From positions 8,825 to 72,824 of the forward strand of contig JBAZKH010000008.1 of the NCBI GenBank assembly GCA_041650935.1: 64,000 nucleotides of DNA, read 5' to 3'. This stretch comes from Candidatus Omnitrophota bacterium (GTDB lineage: Bacteria; Omnitrophota; Gorgyraeia; 2-01-FULL-45-10). The notes below the pieces were generated by a model. The model saw only the letters and a program-made list of their open reading frames with translations. It searched no databases and was not told the DNA's origin. A program made the position numbers and the translations under genes. This document shows positions 28,880 through 37,610 of this stretch, one piece after another (position 1 is the first letter of the stretch; every line of letters begins with the position of its first letter).

Positions 28880-29969
28880 CGGCTACCTCTTTATACAACT
28901 GTATGACACCATCTGCCATCGCGTCAAGCGAAAAGTTCCCGCTCACGATCCGCCGCGCTTTATCGCCCATATCTTCTCTTAAAGCATCGTTAAGGAGAAG
29001 TTTTGCCGTCTCATCCGCCATAGCCTTGATATCACCCACGCCGACAAGTATTCCGTACGAGGGCGCCTTGATTATGTCGCTTATTCCCCCTATATCGGAA
29101 GCCACGCACGCCTTACCTGCGGCCATCGCTTCCAATAACGCGATGCCCAGCCCTTCCTTAACCGACGGAAAGACAAAGACATCCATAATCGAAAGTATTC
29201 TCGGGGTATTGATATCCGAAGGAATTATATGGATTGCATCCGTGATGTTTAACGCCCTTGCCAGGTTCTCGAGGGCAAGGGCCTCTTCGCCGCCGCCAAC
29301 GATAATACACTGGACACCGTTAACCTTATCGGCGATATAGGCCATGGCCTGGATCAGGTACCTCTGTCCCTTCACCTGCGAAAGTCTCCCGATCGTCCCG
29401 ACGATAGGGGCATCCCCCACCCCCAGTTCCTCTCTTACCGCGTTCTTTTCAGCCTCGGAATAGCGCCGCGCGAACCTGGCAATATCCACACCGCTGTATA
29501 TGAGCTTTATCCTCTCTTCGCTTACGCCGAGATCGCGCCTTAAGTGATCCTTGACAGCAGCGCTTATTGCGATCACCTTATTCCCCCAGGTATCGAAGAG
29601 TCTCCTCGAGCGTAACTTAAAGTATCCATGGCAGGTGGTAACATACGGCACGCCCGTAAGCATCGATGCCAGACAGGCGGCAACCTGCGACACTCTCGTG
29701 TGCGCATGTATAATATCGACATTCTCCGCCCTTATGATCCCGGCCAGGTGGAAGGCCGCCATTATCACTTTGGGCCCGAACTCGAATTTCGTCCTTATAT
29801 CCAGAAACTTATGCGGTATCTTTTTTGACAGGAGTTCGTTGCACAGCGTACCGCCGCTCGACGCCACTATTACATCCGCGCCCCTTACCTTAAGCGCCTC
29901 GGACAGGTTGAGGATATAATTCGCTATACCTCCTATATTTATATGCGTCGTCACCTGCAATACTTTCAT
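28860..29969 (-). CDS. glycosyltransferase family 4 (GT-B)
   Basis: The N-terminus is MKVLQVTTHINIGG. It has the C-terminal GT4 EX7E region (FPSVKEGLGIALLEAMA). Confidence 0.8.
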   Translation of the reverse strand: MKVLQVTTHINIGGIANYILNLSEALKVRGADVIVASSGGTLCNELLSKKIPHKFLDIRTKFEFGPKVIMAAFHLAGIIRAENVDIIHAHTRVSQVAACLASMLTGVPYVTTCHGYFKLRSRRLFDTWGNKVIAISAAVKDHLRRDLGVSEERIKLIYSGVDIARFARRYSEAEKNAVREELGVGDAPIVGTIGRLSQVKGQRYLIQAMAYIADKVNGVQCIIVGGGEEALALENLARALNITDAIHIIPSDINTPRILSIMDVFVFPSVKEGLGIALLEAMAAGKACVASDIGGISDIIKAPSYGILVGVGDIKAMADETAKLLLNDALREDMGDKARRIVSGNFSLDAMADGVIQLYKEVADARKKR

Positions 29970-29982
29970 CGCGTGCACCTTC

Positions 29983-32070
29983 CTATAGATACGGCCGCAT
30001 GGCCTCAAGTACTTCGTCGACCGTTATCCGCTTCATACATATAAAATTCTTTGCGCAGTTGGGACTGTAACACGGGCTGCATTTAAGTTCATCCTTCTTC
30101 GTTATGACCACGCAGTTCCCCGACGGCGGCGCATGCCGCGCGGGATCTGTGGGGCCGAAAAGCGCTATGCACGGAGTACCCACAGCCGCGGCTATGTGCA
30201 TCGGCGCGGAGTCCGGCGTAATATAGACCTTGAAATGCCCGATGAGGCCGGCGAGTTCCAGTATACTCGTCCGCCCTGCGGCTACGAGCGGCCGCGACTT
30301 AGCAGCCCTGGCTATGGCCCGGGCAAACTCCGCATCCTCTTCGGCTCCGGTCAGGACCGTCCGCAAATTGAACTCTTTGGCGAGCCTGTCGGATAGTTCG
30401 ACGATATTCAGGCTCGGCCAATTCTTCGTCACCCATCTGGATGACGCCCTGACATTCACTCCTACTAGCCCGGCAGACGGTGTCATCCATCCTTCCGCCA
30501 GCAGCTTATCGGCATGTTCCTTTTCCGATCCGGAGGGCCACAGCTCCAGGCGTTTATCCTGCGGCTTTATGGCTGCCATCCGCAGCGTCCTGAACTGGTG
30601 CTCGATCGGGTCGAGGTACGGCGCATCGTCCCGGAGGCGTTTGTTCAGAAGAAACGACAGTTTTTTATTGTCGTATCCGTAGCGAAGCGGCGCCAGGCTC
30701 AGTGCGGCAAGTATATGGCTGCGCTTCGAGTTCTGGAGATCGATAACGATATCAAAACAATGCTGCCGCAGTTCCCTGCCAAGGCGCCATAGTCCGGCAA
30801 TGCCGTGGTTTTTGCCGTTAAAATCGCAGACTATCCTTTCGTTTATATACGGGCACCTGTCGAGCGCCTCCTGTGATTGGACGCCGACCAGGACCTTTAT
30901 ATTGGCTTTCGGGTACCTGGCGCGTATCGCCCTGAGCGACGGCACGCTCAAAATAACGTCGCCTATAGCGCTCATCTTTATGACGAGGATATTCAGCGTC
31001 GCGACCGCCTCCTCATAGACCGCGAGCGTACGCCCCATCATCCTGTCGAGATTGAAATACGTTTCGACGCGCCGCCTCGATTCTATGGCTATATTTACCC
31101 AGAGCGTCCTCGCCCCGTAAAGCTCGGATATCTTAGCGGCTATATCTTTCGGATTTTGAGGCGCGCACAAAAGGCCCGTCTTCTTATCTTCAATGATGTC
31201 GACAACGCCGCCGACCTGCGTGGCAACCACCGGCACACCCGAGGCCTGGGCTTCTATAATAACCCTGCCGAATGCTTCCGGCGTTATTGTCGCGGATACC
31301 AGGACGTCGAGCCGGCTCATCACTTTCGGCACATCGTTGGTTGCCGGCAGAAAATCGATGACACTGGTCAACCCCAGCCTTCTTATCAAAAGCTCAAGGT
31401 CTTCTCTATATTTCTCCTTAGGCGCCGCGCCGGCTATTACAACCTTCAGATTCGGTATCTGGCGGCTCAGGATCGATATCGCTTTGATAAAATCAGCATG
31501 CCCTTTAAGCGGCGTTATCCTGGAGATCATGCCTACCGTAAAATATTCCGGCGAATGTGTCGACGGGTCCCTGAACGTAAACCTGTTCAGGTCCACGCCG
31601 CGCGGTATCAGGCGTATCCTGTCATACGGGACATTGAAATTGCTCACCATGTGCTTCGCCATTATGTTCGAAGCAACGATGACGTATTTGCCCCACCCCA
31701 TCGCCTCGCTCATCAGATGTTTCTTGTAATAGCCGTGGGCCGTCGTTATAAATGTCCTATTCGTCGACTTGCACGCGATATAGGCTATTAAAGCGGGTAC
31801 ACGCGAGCGCGCGTGGACAATGTCGATATCTTCCCTGCGGATTATTTCGCAGAGCGCTTTTATCATCCGCATCATACTAAAAACGGACTTTTTCCCGACA
31901 GGCAGATTGTAATGGCGAGCGCCTACGGCATCGAGTTCCCTCACGAGCCGGCCCCCGGCAGAGACCGTAATGGCCTTATGCCCATGCGCGACAAGGTACT
32001 TCGCGAGGTCTATAGTGCCGGTCTCGACTCCGCCGACATCCAGCGATGGAAGTATCTGCAGTATATTCAT
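29983..32070 (-). CDS. bifunctional glycosyltransferase: N-terminal GT4 fused to a C-terminal GT9 heptosyltransferase-like domain
   Basis: The first roughly 340 aa are paralogous to the neighbouring GT4 (VSATITPEAFGRVIIEAQA). The last roughly 340 aa have GT9 motifs (LNILVIKMSAIGDVILSVPS). Confidence 0.75.
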   Translation of the reverse strand: MNILQILPSLDVGGVETGTIDLAKYLVAHGHKAITVSAGGRLVRELDAVGARHYNLPVGKKSVFSMMRMIKALCEIIRREDIDIVHARSRVPALIAYIACKSTNRTFITTAHGYYKKHLMSEAMGWGKYVIVASNIMAKHMVSNFNVPYDRIRLIPRGVDLNRFTFRDPSTHSPEYFTVGMISRITPLKGHADFIKAISILSRQIPNLKVVIAGAAPKEKYREDLELLIRRLGLTSVIDFLPATNDVPKVMSRLDVLVSATITPEAFGRVIIEAQASGVPVVATQVGGVVDIIEDKKTGLLCAPQNPKDIAAKISELYGARTLWVNIAIESRRRVETYFNLDRMMGRTLAVYEEAVATLNILVIKMSAIGDVILSVPSLRAIRARYPKANIKVLVGVQSQEALDRCPYINERIVCDFNGKNHGIAGLWRLGRELRQHCFDIVIDLQNSKRSHILAALSLAPLRYGYDNKKLSFLLNKRLRDDAPYLDPIEHQFRTLRMAAIKPQDKRLELWPSGSEKEHADKLLAEGWMTPSAGLVGVNVRASSRWVTKNWPSLNIVELSDRLAKEFNLRTVLTGAEEDAEFARAIARAAKSRPLVAAGRTSILELAGLIGHFKVYITPDSAPMHIAAAVGTPCIALFGPTDPARHAPPSGNCVVITKKDELKCSPCYSPNCAKNFICMKRITVDEVLEAMRPYL

Positions 32071-32201
32071 AAGTCATTCCGCAATAAATTTTTCGCCGTC
32101 AGTCCGGCGCTTTTTCCGGCGGCCTGCAATTGATATGTTTAAGATTTTATGTCCCGCCTTTTATTTCCCGTTTCCCTGGCCAAATTTTTCGAAAACTCAG
32201 G

Positions 32202-32335
32202 AATATTATTTGGCGATGTGGCGAGCTTAGGCGTAAAAATTGCGAGGCAGCGTCCGAGCAATTTTTCTCGAGCGTAAATTTTACATGGTTAAAATTTACG
32301 CGTCCTAAGCTCACCACATCGCCAAATAATATTAG
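32202..32335. repeat. structured intergenic element with terminal inverted repeats, family 1, copy A (complete)
   Basis: It has terminal inverted repeats (GAATATTATTTGGCGATGTGGCGAGC and GCTCACCACATCGCCAAATAATATT) and two internal hairpins, AAAAATTGC[GAGGCAGCGTCCGA]GCAATTTTT and GCGTAAATTTTA[CATGGT]TAAAATTTACGC. Confidence 0.8.
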
Positions 32336-32357
32336 ACTGATACGAAAAATTATCTCC

Positions 32358-34301
32358 TTATATCAATTTTCGAACTGCCTCGAAAATCTTCTCCGCATCC
32401 TGCGGAAGTTTCACCGGGATCGTATCGCGCCATGCCTTTTCCAGCGCGGACGATAAACCGAATGCCTCGACGATAGTAATGTAACCCCTGTCCGACAAAC
32501 CCTTCAACGCCCGCTCATGCTTCGTCATAGAGTCTTTTTTCTTCGCAAGCTTGAAGACTACCACCTTCTTGCCGGCGCTGATCGCTTCGGAGATCATCGA
32601 GATCGATTCTTCCGAGACTACGGCAACCTTGCTGAGCGCGAGCATCCCGCTCACCGCTCCGTCAAGGTTTCGCTCGTTCGCAATGATTAGCAGTTTGCAC
32701 GCGGGATTACCCTGCAGCCTCTTCTTCAAAATATCTTCGACTGCCGGAGAGGTGCGTCTCGATGTCGTAACCAAAAGCTCTACGCCGCGAGACCCGATAA
32801 AGGATGTTAAACCATCGAGCGCCAAATTTATATTCTCTGCCGTCAGGGAAAATTCCGGGTTGCCGCCTCCTACAAACAGGCTTACCGCTTTGTCTGTCCC
32901 GATACCGGTGCTGCCCTTCAACTTTTCGCCGTCCCTTTTAAGGGACTCGTCGTCTACAAGGTTAGGCGCGAGATCAGTAGTAATAACGTTCTTTGCCTTC
33001 AAAAGATTGTCGTGTTTTGGGATGACCGCTAGATCGAATTTCCTAAGGCTCATCGGTATACCGGGCTTCATAACGACTATATTCCGCGCGCAATTCTCCT
33101 TCGACATGAATATATTCACCGGCGCAAGGCTCGACCCGCACGAGACGACAAATTCCGAATACGTCTTCATAAGCGTATCATACGTCTCTGCGGCAAGGCA
33201 TGATCTCATTATCCCCATACGGCCGTGGCACCGCCAGGTCGCGAAGACCGATGCGGCAGCAAGAAGCGCTCGGGAAAATCCGCTCTTATATTTCACATCT
33301 ACGACGACGACCCGCGTATCCGCTATCTTATACCCCTGGGTCGCCCGGGCGCGCTTTAACTGCCGCACAACAGCCATGGACTGGTTCAGGTGGCCGGCCT
33401 TGCCGTCATTAAGCACAAGTACCGTCCTGACCGGCGTCGATTTCCACCGCTTGTGGAGCCAGAGCCACTGGTCGGGATATTTCCTTATATACGCCTCAAG
33501 AAGCCGCGCGAACTTCTGGACGTTCTCCCTTACATCGCCGGGACTTTGAGTCTTCTGAAAATCTATATACTCTTCAAGGTAAAGTTTATGGTACGGCCCG
33601 CCCGTCCGCACGATGAAATTCGGCAATATCAGGGAGCCGGAGTGCTTGGCTATCTCGAAGGCTCCCGTATGATAAGACGCGGGTCTGCCGAAAAAATCTA
33701 CGAAGATACCGTTCTTGCCGGCGTCCTGGTCGGAGAGTATACCGACTATATTTTTATCACGGAGCGCCTTCAATATATTTTTGACCTCCATCCCCTTCCT
33801 TATTACCTTACAGCCGTTCGATTCCCGCAAAAGGTTCAAGAGCTCGTTCAAACGCTTCATCTTCTGCTCTCTGACAAGGACAAGGATAGGAAAACCTTCG
33901 ACGGAACTGACCAAGCTGGAGAGTTCCCAGTCGCCGAAGTGCGCGGTAAGGAGTATCGTCCCCCTGCCGGATTTGGCGGCGTTACGGATACGCTCCATAT
34001 TCATAACCTCGACATATCTGTCGACGTACCGCCGGTTGACCTTCGTAAGGTTCAGGATCTCGATGAAGGTCTGGACCATATTGCGGTAAACGTTTTTGGT
34101 AATGCGCCTCAGTTCTGCCGGAGACTTCTCTTTTGCGAATGCACTCTTCAGATTTGCGTACGCGACGACCCGCCTCGCCTTATTAAAGAAAAATACGGCA
34201 TCCCCGATGCGCCTGCCAAACCACAGCGACGCGCTGACCGGCACAAGGCCTAGTATCTTATTAAGCGCCCTTACGGCTATATAGGCTGCGTAATCTATCA
34301 A
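32358..34301 (-). CDS. fusion protein: LpxL-like lipid A acyltransferase domain plus ELM1/DUF1022 (GT-B-like) domain
   Basis: The N-terminal roughly 300 aa form a Lip_A_acyltransferase domain (HFGDWE). The C-terminal roughly 340 aa form an ELM1-family domain. It overlaps the 3' end of lpxK by about 40 nt. Confidence 0.7.
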   Translation of the reverse strand: MIDYAAYIAVRALNKILGLVPVSASLWFGRRIGDAVFFFNKARRVVAYANLKSAFAKEKSPAELRRITKNVYRNMVQTFIEILNLTKVNRRYVDRYVEVMNMERIRNAAKSGRGTILLTAHFGDWELSSLVSSVEGFPILVLVREQKMKRLNELLNLLRESNGCKVIRKGMEVKNILKALRDKNIVGILSDQDAGKNGIFVDFFGRPASYHTGAFEIAKHSGSLILPNFIVRTGGPYHKLYLEEYIDFQKTQSPGDVRENVQKFARLLEAYIRKYPDQWLWLHKRWKSTPVRTVLVLNDGKAGHLNQSMAVVRQLKRARATQGYKIADTRVVVVDVKYKSGFSRALLAAASVFATWRCHGRMGIMRSCLAAETYDTLMKTYSEFVVSCGSSLAPVNIFMSKENCARNIVVMKPGIPMSLRKFDLAVIPKHDNLLKAKNVITTDLAPNLVDDESLKRDGEKLKGSTGIGTDKAVSLFVGGGNPEFSLTAENINLALDGLTSFIGSRGVELLVTTSRRTSPAVEDILKKRLQGNPACKLLIIANERNLDGAVSGMLALSKVAVVSEESISMISEAISAGKKVVVFKLAKKKDSMTKHERALKGLSDRGYITIVEAFGLSSALEKAWRDTIPVKLPQDAEKIFEAVRKLI

Positions 34302-35307
34302 CCAGCTGCTCCTTCCCTGAAATAATATCCATTTCTATGACAAGCGTCATCACGGGATAGTCCCCAAAAGATAACGACATCCTGCGTAATTTGACTTCGT
34401 CCTTCTCGGTCGTAAGGATAAAATCGAACGATCTCTCATCGCATCTCTTCACGATAGGTCCGGTATCGGCCTGGCTGTAATTATAGTGATCGGCGAAGAC
34501 GATCTCTTCGGCGATGTCGGCGCCCAGGCGGCGGGCAGTATCGCTAAAGTAGCCCGGATCGCCTATACTCGACAAAAGAATTACGCGCTTACCCTTAAGA
34601 AAGTTTAAAGCGAGCTCCTTCCGCGCCTTCAGGTCGTAGAGACAGACGGGCTTGTGAAGCGCTTCGAGAAAGACGAGTGCGCCATTCAGTCTCTTTAACT
34701 CATCCTTCACCTGCACCAGCGCCGGACCCGGCTTATCGACTTTTGTAAAGACTATTACCGATGCGCGCTTTACGGCCTCCACAGGCTCCCTCAATATGCC
34801 CCGAGGGAAGAGCCGGCCGTTGCCGAACGGGTTGCGGGAATCGACCAGAATTATATCGAGATTGCGCTCGAGCTCCCAGTGCTGGAAACCGTCATCCAGC
34901 ACCGCGGTATCGCTGCCATAAAGCTTTATCGCCTTGTGCGCCGACTTCGTACGGTCTTCGCCGACAAGGATGGGCGTATCGGCAAGTTTGCGCCTGAGAA
35001 GAGTCTGTTCGTCCCAGCCGTAACCGCGGATAAGAACGCTCGCCTTCTTGCCAAGCTCCTCGTCGAGCAGCTTCACCAGCCGTATCACAAATGGTGTCTT
35101 GCCGGTACCGCCCAGAGTCAGGTTCCCGACGGATATTATCTTAAGCGGCACCCGGACGGATTTGAATATATGCGTCTTGTAAGCCAACCGCCGCAGTATA
35201 AGAGCAGCCCCGTACGCAAACGACAGGATGTAGAGAAAGAATTTTATAGGCGCATATATAGCGTCGTCACGCCTATCGGTCATCAATGAATATATGAATT
35301 CACGCAT
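34261..35307 (-). CDS. lpxK: tetraacyldisaccharide 4'-kinase
   Basis: It has the LpxK P-loop (ISVGNLTLGGTGKTP). The start is probably MREFIYSLM, 2 nt after the waaA stop. Confidence 0.85.
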   Translation of the reverse strand: MREFIYSLMTDRRDDAIYAPIKFFLYILSFAYGAALILRRLAYKTHIFKSVRVPLKIISVGNLTLGGTGKTPFVIRLVKLLDEELGKKASVLIRGYGWDEQTLLRRKLADTPILVGEDRTKSAHKAIKLYGSDTAVLDDGFQHWELERNLDIILVDSRNPFGNGRLFPRGILREPVEAVKRASVIVFTKVDKPGPALVQVKDELKRLNGALVFLEALHKPVCLYDLKARKELALNFLKGKRVILLSSIGDPGYFSDTARRLGADIAEEIVFADHYNYSQADTGPIVKRCDERSFDFILTTEKDEVKLRRMSLSFGDYPVMTLVIEMDIISGKEQLVDRLRSLYSRKGA

Positions 35308-36577
35308 TGAGGAATACCGCCATTTCGCCCAAGACCCGTCCCGTAGCGCCCATATTGTCGACGACAACCTGTTTGGCGGCTCTGCCCATCTCAAGGCGCC
35401 GCTTTTCATCCGTCAGCAGGTTGTAGAGGGCGGGTACCAGGTCATCACCGCTATCGACCTGCGCGGCCGCGGATGAGGCCAGAAAGGCCTCGGCTATATC
35501 CTTAAAATTGAACATATGCTGGCCGAATATTACGGGCTTCTCATGGACAGCAGGCTCTATCGGGTTCTGTCCGCCGTGTTTTATAAGGCTGCCTCCGACG
35601 AAGACTATGGTCGCTATAGAATAGAAGTCTCCCAGGCGGCCGATGGTGTCGAGAATGTAGATCCGTCGTTCGTCGTTCGTCGTTCGTCGTTCGTCGGAGC
35701 CGGATAACCGGACCGGCTGGAAGCCGAGTTTCTTTGCGGCCTCGGCGACCTCGCCCGCTCTTTCGATATGGCGGGGAGCGATCAGCAGTTTAAGCTTCGG
35801 GAAATCTTCGATTAAATCTTTATATGCAGCGATAACGGCGCATTCTTCGCCCGGATGCGTCGACCCTGCCACTATAAGCTCGTCTCCCGTAGCCATCCCC
35901 AGCTCTTTTTTTAATACGTCGCCGCTTATCCTGCCCGCCTTGACCCGGATATCGAATTTCATATTCCCGGCGACCTTTACTCTTTCGGGCCTGGCGCCAA
36001 GAGCTATTATCCTGTCCGCGTCCATCTTCGACTGCATGCAAAGAACGTTAATGTTCCGCAATATCTTCCTTAAGAACCGGCTTACCATCTCGTACTTCCC
36101 AAAAGACCTGTCCGATATCCTGCCGTTGATGAGTATGGCCGGTATGGCGCGGCGTTCTATCTCTTTTAAAAAATTAGGCCATATCTCAGTCTCGACCATG
36201 ATGTACATATTAGGCCTCACTATACCTATAACTTTCTTCACTATAAATGAAAAATCGAGCGGAAAATATATCACAACGGCATCATCCGCAAATAACTTCT
36301 TTGCCAGGTCGCCGCCCGTCTTAGTTATCGTCGAAAAAACTATCGGCCGCGAGGGGAACTTCTCGCGCATAAGCGGGATAAGGCTCCTGCATAACGCAAC
36401 CTCCCCTACGCTCACCGCCTGAATCCATATCGCGCCGCGCGCCTTCGCAAGCGCCGCGCGCTTCGCCCTGCCGTATACGCCGAACCGCTCGAGAAAATCC
36501 CTGTGCAGTTTGCCTTTGAATATCAGCGTCGGTAGATAGAAGATCGAGAATAACGCGAATCCTATGTCGTACAACAT
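35300..36577 (-). CDS. waaA: 3-deoxy-D-manno-octulosonic acid transferase
   Basis: The 425-aa protein is of the KdtA family (GT30). It contains the GTCGTTC heptamer repeat. Confidence 0.85.
   Translation of the reverse strand: MLYDIGFALFSIFYLPTLIFKGKLHRDFLERFGVYGRAKRAALAKARGAIWIQAVSVGEVALCRSLIPLMREKFPSRPIVFSTITKTGGDLAKKLFADDAVVIYFPLDFSFIVKKVIGIVRPNMYIMVETEIWPNFLKEIERRAIPAILINGRISDRSFGKYEMVSRFLRKILRNINVLCMQSKMDADRIIALGARPERVKVAGNMKFDIRVKAGRISGDVLKKELGMATGDELIVAGSTHPGEECAVIAAYKDLIEDFPKLKLLIAPRHIERAGEVAEAAKKLGFQPVRLSGSDERRTTNDERRIYILDTIGRLGDFYSIATIVFVGGSLIKHGGQNPIEPAVHEKPVIFGQHMFNFKDIAEAFLASSAAAQVDSGDDLVPALYNLLTDEKRRLEMGRAAKQVVVDNMGATGRVLGEMAVFLNA
35665..35696. repeat. heptanucleotide tandem repeat (GTCGTTC) of about 4.6 units inside the waaA coding sequence
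   Basis: The sequence is gtcgttc gtcgttc gtcgttc gtcgttc gtcg. In the reading frame it encodes DERRTTNDERR. Confidence 0.85.
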
Positions 36578-36854
36578 CTTACTCCTAAATTTTTACGGGT
36601 CCTGCCGCAAATTTATGGGTCCTGTCCTCGGTCGCCTTTCGGTGCTCCTTCGGCCTCGCGGGTTTACAATATCGTGAGAAACTAGGCGCGTATCTAAGTG
36701 CCGCCAGAATTGCTTACGATATTTTAAGTCTTAAGCAGTGTCGCCCTGACAATGGCAATTCTAAGCGGCGGCACCCCATCCGCTTCGGCCTTGTGCGCAC
36801 CTCAAGGCTGGACCTCGGCCACCCATAAATTTGCCTAGCCTAGTTATCCATAAC

Positions 36855-36880
36855 GTAGCTACCGTTTAAACGTCAGCTAC
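36855..36880. repeat. GTAG-N6-TTTAAA-N6-CTAC palindrome P1, at the 3' end of the HNH gene
   Basis: The sequence is GTAGCTACCGTTTAAACGTCAGCTAC. Confidence 0.6.
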
Positions 36881-36883
36881 TTA

Positions 36884-37555
36884 TTACTTGCTTGCTTTGA
36901 AATGTTTTTCTAGCGGTATTTCATCAAGTATTTCGGATAACAAATTCCGTTTTTTCCTATTGCAATCAAAGCAAAGCAATCGTAAGTTATCAACAGATGT
37001 CGTACCGCCTTTCGAAAATGGAATAAGATGATCAAATTCCATCTTATTGTCAGGTACGGGCTTAAAACATTTTTGACAAATCTGCCCATCTCTTCGAACC
37101 ACTTTCAACATAACATCCCTAGGAATCTCTCGTGATAGACGCCTTATTTCTTTTGTTTCTGTGAATGGTTCGGCGTTAAAATATACGGGACAAATATGTC
37201 CAAAGATTCTACAACTAATTTCTTTTAATATTCCAGAGATTTCAACAGGGTAATCACTCGTCTTAAAATCCAAAATACATTTAATAAAAAATTTCTTACG
37301 ATTTTTATCTAATTTTTTACCACCTTGAAGTCTTCCCGTAGAAATACACTCTTTTAAGTATTCATTATGCTCAATAGCCTCACTACGTATAGGAGGAATT
37401 ATAGGGAATTGTTCAACTAAAGGTCCATAAGGACAGTATTTTATTTCCCAGCACGGTTTACAAACTAGCGATTGTTTATATCTTACTATTTTAACAATCT
37501 CTGTCGAGGGTGTTTGTATGGAGAATCCCAGAACTTTTTTTAGACACTTTTCCAT
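36884..37555 (-). CDS. HNH endonuclease with a Cys-rich N-terminal region (orphan, in an AT-rich islet)
   Basis: It has a C-terminal HNH motif (DHLIPFSKGGTTSVDNLRLLCFDCNRKK). The gene is about 35% GC, against a neighbourhood well above 50%. Confidence 0.7.
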   Translation of the reverse strand: MEKCLKKVLGFSIQTPSTEIVKIVRYKQSLVCKPCWEIKYCPYGPLVEQFPIIPPIRSEAIEHNEYLKECISTGRLQGGKKLDKNRKKFFIKCILDFKTSDYPVEISGILKEISCRIFGHICPVYFNAEPFTETKEIRRLSREIPRDVMLKVVRRDGQICQKCFKPVPDNKMEFDHLIPFSKGGTTSVDNLRLLCFDCNRKKRNLLSEILDEIPLEKHFKASK

Positions 37556-37610
37556 ATTTTACGAACGCTTTCCACTCTTGTTTTCCCAGTAAAATTTTTC
37601 GCATCCGTTG

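Noticed and set aside
36578-36883. Possible RNase P RNA, tmRNA, SRP or 6S RNA in the waaA-HNH spacer
   Set aside because: None of the hallmark motifs was found on either strand (RNase P AAAGUCCGG and A-GGGUGAAA, the tmRNA tag reading frame and 3' tRNA-like end, the SRP GGAA/GNRA domain IV). It is kept only as an unclassified structured region.
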